From Dehalococcoidia bacterium (GTDB taxonomy: Bacteria; Chloroflexota; Dehalococcoidia; UBA2979), in NCBI GenBank assembly GCA_022451865.1, contig JAKUNM010000001.1, positions 4,733 to 68,732 of the forward strand: DNA of 64,000 nucleotides, read 5' to 3'. Within the stretch, counting starts at the first letter, position 1; the number at the start of each line of letters is the position of its first letter. A program made the translations under genes and the position numbers. The notes below the pieces were generated by a model. That model searched no databases, was not told the origin of the DNA, and worked only from the letters and a program-made list of their open reading frames with translations. Positions 9,962-20,346 of the stretch are shown here, piece by piece.

Positions 9962-11386
9962 ATGAATTTTCGTAATCTGTTTTCCCTTATTTTAGTCATT
10001 TTTCTGACAATAGGTGGAATATTAGTTGTCTGGCCTGAAAACCCTGAAGACTTATTTGGAGATCGATTATCTTTGCCTGGTGGTCAAGGGGTTTCCTTTT
10101 TTGGATTTGAAAGAGAAGGAATGCGACTTGGACTTGATCTGCAAGGTGGCACGCGATTGTTGCTGTTGGCTCAACCGCCTGATGACTTTGATGGTAATCT
10201 CGATGATGCACTTGAAGGAACCTTAAGAATTCTACGTAAACGTGTAGATGCTACAGGTATTGCCGAAGCTGAGATTACTCAACAAGGTGTTAATAATATC
10301 TCTATTCAATTACCAGGCTTAACGCCACAGCAAGCTCGTGATTTATTAGGAAGAACTGCAATGTTACGTTTCTGTGAGCCTGCGAATGAAGATATTGCCA
10401 TATTAGGATCATGTGATGCTAGTAATGATTGGCAACCTGCTAATGGAATTGTGGATGGGAGATCTGTTGTTCTAACAGGAAGATTTTTAAAGTCAAATGC
10501 CTTTGTGAGTACAGATCAACTTGGTAATCCTGCTGTCAGCTTTGAATTGCAAGAGTCAGGCCCAGAAATATTCGAGCAAATCACTACACGTCAATTAGGT
10601 AAACCGATAGCTATTTTTTTGGATGATGAATTGTTGTCGGCTCCAACAGTTAATTCGGTAATTCGCGGGCAAGGGCAAATTAGCGGTCTATCTTTTGAGC
10701 GTGCACGTGAATTAGTAATCCAATTAAATTCAGGTGCTCTTCCCTTGGAGTTAAGTGTTTTACAGGAACAAAGTGTTAATGCAACTCTTGGTGAAGAATC
10801 TGTTCGAAAGTCTGTCGTTGCTGGCATAATTGGATTATTAATCGTCGCATTATTTATGGTTTTGTATTACCGATTACTGGGTTTAATGGCTGCATTTGCA
10901 TTAGCGATTTATGCAATTTTGACTCTTGCGGTATTTAAGTTAATCCCAATTACTATTACTTTAGCTGGTGTTGGTGCTTTTGTTTTATCTGTTGGTATGG
11001 CGGTTGATGCAAATATTTTAATATTTGAAAGAATGAAAGAAGAACTAAGGTCTGGTCGTGCGTATGTTCCATCTTTGCGTTCATCTTATCAACGTGCATG
11101 GCCTGCAATTCGAGATTCGAATGTCACTACGTTAATTACTTGTGCGATTTTGTTCATGCTAGGTGGTGGTATTGAATTACCTATATTAGGTACTTTTGAT
11201 GCACCGTTGGTCCAAGGTTTTGCAATTACACTAGCCATTGGTGTCTTAATCTCTATGTTTACTGCACTTACGATTACACGAATTATGATGCAGTCAGTAA
11301 TTGGGACCCCAATTGTTTCAAAAATTGAGCTATTTTTACCATTAATCAACTCAGATGAAACCATTGATCCGAATAAGAGGCAGTAG
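9962..11386 (+). CDS. secD: Protein translocase subunit SecD
   Basis: LGLDLQGG, LNSGALP and GMAVDANILIFERMKEE motifs. Confidence 0.97.
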   Translation: MNFRNLFSLILVIFLTIGGILVVWPENPEDLFGDRLSLPGGQGVSFFGFEREGMRLGLDLQGGTRLLLLAQPPDDFDGNLDDALEGTLRILRKRVDATGIAEAEITQQGVNNISIQLPGLTPQQARDLLGRTAMLRFCEPANEDIAILGSCDASNDWQPANGIVDGRSVVLTGRFLKSNAFVSTDQLGNPAVSFELQESGPEIFEQITTRQLGKPIAIFLDDELLSAPTVNSVIRGQGQISGLSFERARELVIQLNSGALPLELSVLQEQSVNATLGEESVRKSVVAGIIGLLIVALFMVLYYRLLGLMAAFALAIYAILTLAVFKLIPITITLAGVGAFVLSVGMAVDANILIFERMKEELRSGRAYVPSLRSSYQRAWPAIRDSNVTTLITCAILFMLGGGIELPILGTFDAPLVQGFAITLAIGVLISMFTALTITRIMMQSVIGTPIVSKIELFLPLINSDETIDPNKRQ

Positions 11387-12657
11387 TGAGTATTAATCTA
11401 GTATCAATTCGAAAATGGTTTTTCTTTATTAGTGGCATAATCATGCTGGGCTCACTGATTTTACTTGCTATTCCTCCTGCATTAGTTCCAGGAATTGAAT
11501 TTACTTCAGGGACTACTGCTTTATATAGATTTTCTGAAGATTCAGCAGATGAAGATGGGATAAGATTGGTTTATGAGTCACTTAATCATCCCGAAGTACG
11601 TGTTCAACATGCAGGGAATGACGATTTTCTCATCCGCATAGGTGATCTAGGAGAATCTGAAGAGAACCTTCAGGAAGTTACTCCTGCAATCGAAAACCTT
11701 AGAGATATTGCAGGACCTGTTCAAGATTTACCTATTGCAACTTTAAATGTAAAAGATACAGGATTAGATACGGTTGCTATTCGTTCAGCCTATAAAGGTG
11801 ATCCATGTACATTTGGTAATATTTCATTTAATGCACCTCCTGGGACAGAACTTTTTGTCTATAAAGATCTTTCACATTGTGATCAAGGGATTATATACGA
11901 GGTAACATTTGGTGATTCTATTGGGTACATAAATAGAGATAGTATCGAAAATTATTTACCTATAATTACAACTCGTGTATTAGATGAAAATGCTAGTGAA
12001 AGGGAAAAAATAGAATTTGCTCTCGCAAATCAGTTTGGTGAGTTTGAAACTTTAGAATTTGCCTCGGTATCACCGCTGGTTTCCCGTGTTGCCGTCCGTA
12101 ATGCCACAATAGCTGTTATCGTAGCAACTCTTTTTATTTTGGGTTATGTTGCTTTTGCATTCTCATCAGTTCCCAAACCTTTTCGCTATGGTGCATGTGC
12201 AATTTTTGCACTTATTCATGATGTAGTAATTGTTTTAGGTGCATTTTCATTGTTTGGAAAGTTATTTAATTTAGAAATTAACTTGATGTTTGTTACTGCA
12301 TTACTTACTGTCGTCGGGTTCTCTGTACACGACTCTATTGTTGTATTTGATCGCATTCGAGAGAATGTCCGTTTATCTCCTAGTGCTCCTTTTGCGGAAA
12401 ATGTCAATGCTGCATTAATCCAAACACTTTCTCGATCACTTAACACCTCTATTACGTTGTTAGTTACGGTCACTGCAATGCTTCTCTTGGGTGGTGATAG
12501 TATTCAATCTTTCTTATTGACTATATTTATCGGTCTTATTGTCGGAACTTATTCCTCCATCGCAATTGCAGCACAGTTATTAGTCGCTTGGGAAAACGGT
12601 GAGTTTGCCAGAATTAAAGATCGAATAAAAATCAACAAAGGCTCAGAATCAATCTGA
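11386..12657 (+). CDS. secF: Protein translocase subunit SecF with an enlarged extracytoplasmic domain
   Basis: GIEFTSGT, HDV, GFSVHDSIVVFDRIRE, SRSLNTS and GTYSSIAIA motifs; about 110 aa of extra sequence. Confidence 0.95.
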   Translation: MSINLVSIRKWFFFISGIIMLGSLILLAIPPALVPGIEFTSGTTALYRFSEDSADEDGIRLVYESLNHPEVRVQHAGNDDFLIRIGDLGESEENLQEVTPAIENLRDIAGPVQDLPIATLNVKDTGLDTVAIRSAYKGDPCTFGNISFNAPPGTELFVYKDLSHCDQGIIYEVTFGDSIGYINRDSIENYLPIITTRVLDENASEREKIEFALANQFGEFETLEFASVSPLVSRVAVRNATIAVIVATLFILGYVAFAFSSVPKPFRYGACAIFALIHDVVIVLGAFSLFGKLFNLEINLMFVTALLTVVGFSVHDSIVVFDRIRENVRLSPSAPFAENVNAALIQTLSRSLNTSITLLVTVTAMLLLGGDSIQSFLLTIFIGLIVGTYSSIAIAAQLLVAWENGEFARIKDRIKINKGSESI

Positions 12658-12665
12658 TAAAATTG

Positions 12666-14504
12666 TCATATAAGTGTTCTCACGTCTCCATTGCGTTTTG
12701 TGATTTTTCTTTTGTCCAATTCTTCTAATATGGACTGTGCAATGCGTCGATTAGTATCAAGGTGATCTCTTGCTTCAGCTAAAGTAATACTAAAATTTGC
12801 TTTACAGTAAGTTGTAATTTGATTTGTAACTTCTGCAAATTGAGCCGCACTTAGAATTAATCCATTTCCACAATTAATTACTTGGCCTGTCGCGTTCAAA
12901 TATCCAAGTAATTCATCATCTATATTGAGTTTGATTACATGGAGTCCATTTATTTCCAACTCTTTTTTCAAGAGATCAAATTCTTTTGTATTCTTTTCAC
13001 TTAATTTTGGATTCCAGTTTTTGATTTTTAATCCTGTGCCGTGGAGCTTAATAGAAGGTGGAAGAGAATTAATAAAAGCTGAAAATTCAAATTGGCTCCA
13101 CCCTATATGATTCCGTACTTCCTCACGTGGCATTGTCACACGGAGGGGGAAATCTTTTTGATATTGCTCTAGCAAAGCTATAACTTTTCTTTGAATATTC
13201 ATTGAATTATCTGAAGTCATATAGAAAATTTTAGTATCTGATTCACATTTTATAATTCTTTTTTCAGACAGTAAGTTTCTTATAGCTTTTTCAGCTTCTG
13301 TATTGGAATTATCTGTGTTTAAAATTAGCTCACCATGTTCAATAATTTGCTGATTATCAATAATCTTAAAAATTTGGTTTTCAGGTGTATATGCTGCAAG
13401 AGAATCTAAATTATTTAGGATTACGTGATCATTTCGTCGATATCGTGGGGGATTGATATTAATGATTCTCCCTCCTCCGATTGTTTCATCAGAAATACGA
13501 ATTATTGAGATATCATTAGGCAGGCACGATATCTCATTTTTTAACAGGATTTGTGCCCATCCTGTGGAATTTGCTTCAATTGCTGATCCATTAAGTACTC
13601 GAACTGTCCCTTGAACTTCTGTTGCGCCAGTATGCACCGTAACTTTTAAGTTATGTGGTATATCTCTACGTGTTAGTGAGCGCAATTGAATATCGAATGC
13701 TTTTACTTTAGGTAATTGCCCTACGTGCCCAAGTACCAGACCTCTTGATAATTCATTGTTGTTTACGCCAGTTAGATTCACAGCTACACGTGTTCCTGGG
13801 TAGGCAATTTCAGCATTTTTTTGGTGAGATTGTAGGCCTCTGACTCTTCCAACAGCTCTTGAAGGTACTGCTTCCAACATATCCCCGATATGAATTGTTC
13901 CGCCCAAAAGTGTTCCAGTAACAACAGTTCCAAACCCATCAATTGTGAACACCCTATCAATGCCCAACCGTGGTCTATTAATATCGGCAGGTAAAGGAGC
14001 ATCTGTCAATTTTTCATCTATTGCACTAACTAACTCGCTCATGCCTTCCTTTGTTAAAGATGAAACTTTTAAGATTGGGCTGTTTTCAATACTGGTATTT
14101 TTTAATTCTTGAACGATCTCTTCTTCTATCAATTGAATCCATTCAGTATCAACTAGATCACATTTTGAAAGAACGATTATTGCATTATTTATCTCAAGCA
14201 AATCAAGAATTTCTAAATGTTCAATCGTTTGAGGCATTATTCCTTCGTCTGCTGCTATGACTAGCATTGCTAAATCAATACCACCTATTCCAGCCAACAT
14301 ATGTCGCATAAATTTGACATGACCTGGAACATCTACAATTGAAATTTCTTCGCCGGAAGGAAGAGTCATCCAAGCAAATCCTAGTTCAATAGTCAATCCT
14401 CGAATTTGTTCAGATTCCAATCGGTCAGGATTGATACCGGTCAGCGATTGAACTAGAGAAGATTTTCCATGGTCGACATGACCTGCTGTCCCAATTACGT
14501 ACAT
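12666..14504 (-). CDS. selB: Selenocysteine-specific elongation factor
   Basis: GTAGHVDHGKS, RGLTIELGFA, DVPGH and IDRVFTIDGFGTVVTGT; C-terminal winged-helix tail ending ..RNGDVR; ATG at 14504 with a GGAG RBS. Confidence 0.95.
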   Translation of the reverse strand: MYVIGTAGHVDHGKSSLVQSLTGINPDRLESEQIRGLTIELGFAWMTLPSGEEISIVDVPGHVKFMRHMLAGIGGIDLAMLVIAADEGIMPQTIEHLEILDLLEINNAIIVLSKCDLVDTEWIQLIEEEIVQELKNTSIENSPILKVSSLTKEGMSELVSAIDEKLTDAPLPADINRPRLGIDRVFTIDGFGTVVTGTLLGGTIHIGDMLEAVPSRAVGRVRGLQSHQKNAEIAYPGTRVAVNLTGVNNNELSRGLVLGHVGQLPKVKAFDIQLRSLTRRDIPHNLKVTVHTGATEVQGTVRVLNGSAIEANSTGWAQILLKNEISCLPNDISIIRISDETIGGGRIININPPRYRRNDHVILNNLDSLAAYTPENQIFKIIDNQQIIEHGELILNTDNSNTEAEKAIRNLLSEKRIIKCESDTKIFYMTSDNSMNIQRKVIALLEQYQKDFPLRVTMPREEVRNHIGWSQFEFSAFINSLPPSIKLHGTGLKIKNWNPKLSEKNTKEFDLLKKELEINGLHVIKLNIDDELLGYLNATGQVINCGNGLILSAAQFAEVTNQITTYCKANFSITLAEARDHLDTNRRIAQSILEELDKRKITKRNGDVRTLI

Positions 14505-14506
14505 AA

Positions 14507-15754
14507 TCAATCTCCAAGTTTATTTAGCAAATCACTTTCATTGTCTGGGAGAAGATCTACGAATAGTTCGTTGGCTAATAATAGTCCTTTAGAAGAGAGT
14601 CTAAGAGATGTTTCAGTTTTTTCTAAAAGTCCAGTTTTGAGATGCTTTGATATTGCTTCTGCATAAAGTTGACTTATATCCACATTAAACCTTTTCTTAT
14701 AGTCATCAAAATTAATTCCTTCAATTAATCTCAAACCTAATATTGCTGTATCCGATTGTGTGGTAGCAAGGTCAGGAGTTTCATTACTTGTGATTTGTTT
14801 CATCACAATATGCTTTTTATTCTCCCATTCTGTATATGAAGTATTTACTAATTCTATATACCTATTTGGCGCATCAATATTTGCAAATCTTTTCCCATTA
14901 AAATATGAGTGAGCTCCTGCTCCAATGCCGAGATAATCTTTGTTACGCCAATATATTAAGTTGTGTATACATTGGTAATTTTTTTTAGCCCAATTTGATA
15001 TTTCATATTGGATATATTCTGCATCATCTAAACGTTTTCGAGTCCATTCATATTGTTCAGCAGCGATATCTGGATTGGGTTCAGGTAATACCCCTTTTTC
15101 TACACGATAATAAAGTGGTGTACCTGGTTCGATTGTTAATGCATAACAAGAAAGGTGTTCGGGATGATATTCTAATATTTCATCTACGGTTTCTTTCCAG
15201 GGGAGCAAATTCTGACTTATTAGTCCGTAAATTAAATCTAAATTTAGATTATCGAAACCAGCTTTTCGTGCAGCATTTATGACATTGATTACTTGTTCAG
15301 GGCTATGTGATCGCTCTAACAACTGAAGTTCTTTTGGATTCATGGATTGGACGCCCATTGAAAGGCGGTTAATGCCCAATTCACGTATTTTATGAAGATG
15401 TTCTTCTGTAAGTTCGGTAGGATTAGCTTCCAAGGTAAATTCAACATCAGAACTTACATTAAATGTTTCAAATATTGTTGCGATAATGTGATTTAAATCT
15501 GTAATTGAAGTTAAACTAGGGGTACCTCCTCCGAAAAATATGGACTTAACAGTGTGGTTACTAAGTCTTTTCTTCCACAATTTAATTTCTTTTATTAGTG
15601 AACTTGTATAATCAGGAACAAGGTAGTCAAGATTAGCGTAAGCATTAAAATCACAATAACCACATTTTGTTGTGCAAAAAGGAATATGTAAGTAAATACC
15701 TACAGGTAGAAGTTCGTTGGTACTATATTTTTGCTTGGATATTGTCTTTTCCAT
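14507..15754 (-). CDS. hemW: Radical SAM heme chaperone HemW (HemN-like)
   Basis: YLHIPFCTTKCGYCDF, FFGGGTPS, YEISNW, HNLIYW and YLGIGAGAH motifs. Confidence 0.9.
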   Translation of the reverse strand: MEKTISKQKYSTNELLPVGIYLHIPFCTTKCGYCDFNAYANLDYLVPDYTSSLIKEIKLWKKRLSNHTVKSIFFGGGTPSLTSITDLNHIIATIFETFNVSSDVEFTLEANPTELTEEHLHKIRELGINRLSMGVQSMNPKELQLLERSHSPEQVINVINAARKAGFDNLNLDLIYGLISQNLLPWKETVDEILEYHPEHLSCYALTIEPGTPLYYRVEKGVLPEPNPDIAAEQYEWTRKRLDDAEYIQYEISNWAKKNYQCIHNLIYWRNKDYLGIGAGAHSYFNGKRFANIDAPNRYIELVNTSYTEWENKKHIVMKQITSNETPDLATTQSDTAILGLRLIEGINFDDYKKRFNVDISQLYAEAISKHLKTGLLEKTETSLRLSSKGLLLANELFVDLLPDNESDLLNKLGD

Positions 15755-15820
15755 ATGTTTAGCCTAGCAGTAGCTTTACGTCCGTGCGAAAATCGTATGT
15801 GAATAATATAAGGTGGAGAT

Positions 15821-17650
15821 GTGCTAAAAAGTCATGGTTGTGGTGAGATTCGTCTTTCACATGTAGGCCAAAAAGTTCAGTTAGCTGGATGGGTACATAG
15901 GCGGAGGGATCATGGAGGAGTAATTTTCATTGATCTCCGTGATGCTTCTGGGCGTGTTCAGGTAGTTATAAGATCTGAATCCATTCCTGATGCAACTAAA
16001 TCGATTGCTAATATTCGGGATGAATATGTACTCATGGTTATTGGTGAAGTACATGAACGATTAGAAGGTTCACGTAATGATGATTTGCCTACTGGTGATA
16101 TCGAGATAAAAGTTGAAGAAGTCGAAGTATTGAATTCTTCAAAAACGCCTCCATTTCCAATTAATCAAGATATTACAATCACTGAATCAACAAGATTGCA
16201 TTATCGTTATCTTGATTTACGACGTGATCGTATGACTTCTAATATGCGGTTGCGACATAAAATTATTAAGCATATTCGTGACTTCCTAGATGAACGAGAT
16301 TTTATAGAAATTGAGACTCCTGTATTGGGATTGGCTACTCCTGAAGGTGCTCGTGATTATTTAGTTCCATCAAGAATACATCCCAGTAGTTTTTATGCAC
16401 TACCTCAATCACCGCAACAGTGGAAACAATTGCTAATGGTTTCTGGATTTGAAAGATATTTTCAAATTGTGAAATGCTATCGTGATGAAGATCTACGTGC
16501 AGATCGGCAACCTGAATTCACCCAACTGGATCTTGAGATGTCATTTGTTAATGAATCTGATGTGATGCAGTTGAATGAAGAACTAATTATTAGCTTATTG
16601 GAGAAATATGCCTTTGGTTATGAATGGAATACATCTTTTCCACAAATGACATACGCAACTGCTATGGAAAAATATGGAACAGATAGACCAGACCTTCGAT
16701 ATGGTTTGGAGATCAATGATTATAGTGATGTTTTTCGTAATTCAGAGTTTAAAGTTTTTTCATCCGCAATAGGAAATGGTGCTCGTATACGAGGGATTGT
16801 CGTCCCTGGAGGTGCCACGCTTGCTAGAAAAAGTTTGGATTCTTTTATTGATATTGCTCGTCAAGCAGGAGCGGCAGGTTTAGTTTGGATACAAATTAAC
16901 GGTTCAGGATCCGTGGATGATATTTCGATCGATGATATTAAGTCTCCTGCAGCTAAATTTTTATCACTAGAAGAAATCATTCAATTAGCAAATATTGCTA
17001 ATGCTGTGCGGGGTGATCTCATTATTCTAGCTGCTGATATGGATCTAATTACATCAAGGGCTTTAGACGCAGTGAGAAGAGATGCTGCATCTAAACTTGA
17101 ACTAATTAACTCTAATCGATTAGATTTTGTTTGGATTACTGAATTTCCATTGTTTGAATGGGATGAGGGTGAATCTCGTTGGTCGGCGACGCATCATTTA
17201 TTTACAGCACCTATTGATGAGGATAAAAAATATTTGGATTCTGATCCTTCGCAAGTACGCTCGCGAGCTTACGATGTGGTTTGTAATGGCCAAGAAATAG
17301 GCGGTGGTTCGGTTAGAATTCATAGTCGCGATGATCAATTACAAATACTACATTTATTGGGTATATCTACAGAAGATGCACAGGAGAAATTTGGACATAT
17401 GCTAGATGCATTTGAATTTGGTGCTCCTCCACATGGAGGAATTGCATGGGGTATGGACAGGACAGTCGCACTAATTGCCGGTGAGCAAGATATACGTGAA
17501 GTAATTGCATTTCCCAAAACTAAATCAGCAGTAGATCTTGTTACAGGTGCTCCAGCAATGGTCAGTGAAGATCAACTCAGTGATGTACATATTTCTGTCA
17601 AACCGACAGATGAAGTGAATTCTTCTAGGGATATTTCGGAGGAGATCTGA
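15821..17650 (+). CDS. aspS: Aspartate--tRNA ligase (likely non-discriminating)
   Basis: RRRDHGGVIFIDLRD, TPEGARDY, LPQSPQ, DRQPEFTQLD and GAPPHGG motifs. Confidence 0.97.
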   Translation: MLKSHGCGEIRLSHVGQKVQLAGWVHRRRDHGGVIFIDLRDASGRVQVVIRSESIPDATKSIANIRDEYVLMVIGEVHERLEGSRNDDLPTGDIEIKVEEVEVLNSSKTPPFPINQDITITESTRLHYRYLDLRRDRMTSNMRLRHKIIKHIRDFLDERDFIEIETPVLGLATPEGARDYLVPSRIHPSSFYALPQSPQQWKQLLMVSGFERYFQIVKCYRDEDLRADRQPEFTQLDLEMSFVNESDVMQLNEELIISLLEKYAFGYEWNTSFPQMTYATAMEKYGTDRPDLRYGLEINDYSDVFRNSEFKVFSSAIGNGARIRGIVVPGGATLARKSLDSFIDIARQAGAAGLVWIQINGSGSVDDISIDDIKSPAAKFLSLEEIIQLANIANAVRGDLIILAADMDLITSRALDAVRRDAASKLELINSNRLDFVWITEFPLFEWDEGESRWSATHHLFTAPIDEDKKYLDSDPSQVRSRAYDVVCNGQEIGGGSVRIHSRDDQLQILHLLGISTEDAQEKFGHMLDAFEFGAPPHGGIAWGMDRTVALIAGEQDIREVIAFPKTKSAVDLVTGAPAMVSEDQLSDVHISVKPTDEVNSSRDISEEI

Positions 17651-19332
17651 TGTTTAAAAGGAATAAATTACTTTCAATTTTAATTATTTTTGTAGCTATT
17701 TTAGTTGTTATTGTTGGAGGATTATCTGCATCGCTTTTACTCTCTGGTGAGTCTGAAGTATCTGTTAATACGGGTATTACAACTTCTATACAAGCTGAGA
17801 CTGACAATAATTTAAGTGTTGGTCGATTACGATTAAGTGGCTCTGATCCAGTAACACTCGATCCACATTTAGCTACTGATGCTGGTTCTGCAGAGTATAT
17901 TGTAGAGATTTATTCAGGACTTGTTACTATTTCCCCAGATCTTGAACTCACATTGGATTTGGCTAGCTCTGTTGATATCAGTGATGATGGAATAACTTAT
18001 ACATTTGAATTACGTGACGACATTTTTTTTCATTCAGGGAAGCGTGTTACTGCTGAGGACGTTGTCTGGTCAATAAAAAGAGCACTTTCGCGCGAATTAC
18101 AATCTACAGTTTCGTTGGCATACCTAGGTGACATTTTAGGTGCACGTGAATATTTTTTCGGGCTTGCTGAAGATATTACTGGCTTGGAATTGATAGATGA
18201 TAAGACTATCCAATTTACACTTGATTCTCCAAAGCCATTTTTTCTAGCAAAGCTTACGTACCCTTGCGCTTTTGTGGTTGACGGACAACAAATAGAAGTG
18301 AATGAGCGTAATTGGACTCGAAAACCGAATGGAACGGGTCCTTATAAATTAAAAGAATGGAGATTAAGTGAGCAAATTACTCTTTATGCACACGATCGAT
18401 ATCACTTAGGAATACCTCCTTTAAAGGAAGTCGTATACTTATTGTCTGGCGGCTCTGCTTTGACTCGTTTTGAAAATGATGAATTAGACGTTGCCTTTAT
18501 TTCAATTAATGATGTTGAACGTGCTCGTGATGTAACCAGCGATCTTAATCCTTTGTATAGCGTATGGCCTCAATTTACGATTTCTTATTTTGCATTCAAT
18601 ATAGAGAAACCACCATTTGATGATGTTCATATTAGAAGAGCACTTGGACTATCTATTGATAGGCAAAAAATTGCTGAAGTAACATTTAGTGACATGGTTG
18701 CACCAGCTACAGGGATACTGGCTCCGGGGCTTCCAGGGTATACAGATGTTGATAAAACACTACCTTTTAATCCAGATCGCGCACGCGAAGAATTGTTAGC
18801 ATCAAAATATCGAGTCGAGAATGGGCAATTGATTACATCGCAAGGTGAGGTTGTTCCTATTGTAATAACTGAAGTGGGAGGTGGTGCTGAGGCACGAATT
18901 GATACACAAGCCTTTTTGGATCAGTGGAGTACTGAGCTTGGTGTTAACGTTGAAATTCGACAAACTGATTTTGCTACATATTTGGCTGAATCTGATGCAA
19001 AAAAACTTCAAATGTTTAATGGGGGCTGGATAATGGATTACCCTGACCCAGAGAACATTTTAGATTTGAAATTTCATTCTCAATCAGGATTAAATGATCT
19101 GGGCTATCAGAATACTGCTGTGGATGAGTTACTTGAATTGGCTCGTTCAGAGCTTAACTCAGATCAGAGGATTACTCTTTATAGGGATGCAGAAAAATTA
19201 ATTCTTGAAGATGCTGCATGGCTCCCTCTATATTTTTCTCAAAATCATGTGGTAGTTAATGCTGATGTTAACGGATGGTTTGAACCTCCTATGGTTGTTC
19301 CACGTTTGCGATTTATTGAAGTAAATCGATAA
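17650..19332 (+). CDS. Peptide/nickel ABC transporter substrate-binding protein (family 5)
   Basis: N-terminal membrane anchor; TLDP, YTFELR..FHSG, GTGPY and WIMDYPDP motifs. Confidence 0.9.
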   Translation: MFKRNKLLSILIIFVAILVVIVGGLSASLLLSGESEVSVNTGITTSIQAETDNNLSVGRLRLSGSDPVTLDPHLATDAGSAEYIVEIYSGLVTISPDLELTLDLASSVDISDDGITYTFELRDDIFFHSGKRVTAEDVVWSIKRALSRELQSTVSLAYLGDILGAREYFFGLAEDITGLELIDDKTIQFTLDSPKPFFLAKLTYPCAFVVDGQQIEVNERNWTRKPNGTGPYKLKEWRLSEQITLYAHDRYHLGIPPLKEVVYLLSGGSALTRFENDELDVAFISINDVERARDVTSDLNPLYSVWPQFTISYFAFNIEKPPFDDVHIRRALGLSIDRQKIAEVTFSDMVAPATGILAPGLPGYTDVDKTLPFNPDRAREELLASKYRVENGQLITSQGEVVPIVITEVGGGAEARIDTQAFLDQWSTELGVNVEIRQTDFATYLAESDAKKLQMFNGGWIMDYPDPENILDLKFHSQSGLNDLGYQNTAVDELLELARSELNSDQRITLYRDAEKLILEDAAWLPLYFSQNHVVVNADVNGWFEPPMVVPRLRFIEVNR

Positions 19333-19365
19333 TCTTCACAGTACTTTATTTAGACTGGAGATACG

Positions 19366-20346
19366 ATGGCAGGATATGTAATTAGGAGGCTTCTGTGGCT
19401 TCCACTTATATTGTTAATTGTTTCCTTTTTTACTTTTGGCATTGCCAGATTCGGCCCGGGAGATCCCGTTAGTGTAGCTGCAGGGCAAATTCGTGATGAA
19501 GCAATACTTCAACAAATTAGAGAAGATAGAGGTTTAGATGGTTCGATTTTTGAACAATATCTACGTTGGGGACAAGGTGCGATTCGAGGAGATTTCGGAG
19601 AATCTTTGCAGCAACGTGGATTTACAGTCAGCGAAGTTATATTTCCTAGAATGTGGGTATCAGCACAATTAGGTTTTATTGCATTAATTTTGGTATTTGG
19701 TTTGGGTATTATATTTGGATTGATAGCTGCATGGGCTAATGGTAGTTGGATTGATCCTTTAATTATCAGTATATTATTATTTTTACAGGCTATTCCGATC
19801 TTAGTAGTAATTCCCCCTCTTTTATGGCTGTTTGCAGTTCAATTAAACATACTTCCAGTGGGTGGATGGGATGGTTTGATCGATATCTGGTGGATCAAAG
19901 GGGTCATTGCTGTTCCTATTCCCGATCCACATTTATATATACCTTTGGTTGCATTTTCTTTGCCAGGCATTGCTGGTGTTGCACGGCTAATGAGAATATC
20001 TGCACTTGAAGTTCAAAATGAAGATTATATTCGCACAGCTCGTTCTAAAGGATTAAGTGAGCCTGATATTGCAATTAAACATGTACTTCCAAATTCATTG
20101 CTTCCGATTGTGACAGTATTTGGTTTTGCGTTAGCAAGTATTATTGAAGGTGCTTTTTTTGTAGAAACTTTGTTAGGAATTCCAGGGATAGGTCGTTTTG
20201 TTTTCGAGGCAGTTGGGAGTAGAGATTATGATGTCATATTGGCCACTACGGTAATTTTTTCGACAGTATTTGTTGTAATGAATCTAATAGTTGAATTGAT
20301 TTATGGTTTTATTGATCCCAGAGTTCGATTGGGAGACACAAGATAA
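19366..20346 (+). CDS. Peptide ABC transporter permease (OppB/DppB type)
   Basis: PGDP, DYIRTARSKGL and IDPRVR motifs. Confidence 0.9.
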   Translation: MAGYVIRRLLWLPLILLIVSFFTFGIARFGPGDPVSVAAGQIRDEAILQQIREDRGLDGSIFEQYLRWGQGAIRGDFGESLQQRGFTVSEVIFPRMWVSAQLGFIALILVFGLGIIFGLIAAWANGSWIDPLIISILLFLQAIPILVVIPPLLWLFAVQLNILPVGGWDGLIDIWWIKGVIAVPIPDPHLYIPLVAFSLPGIAGVARLMRISALEVQNEDYIRTARSKGLSEPDIAIKHVLPNSLLPIVTVFGFALASIIEGAFFVETLLGIPGIGRFVFEAVGSRDYDVILATTVIFSTVFVVMNLIVELIYGFIDPRVRLGDTR

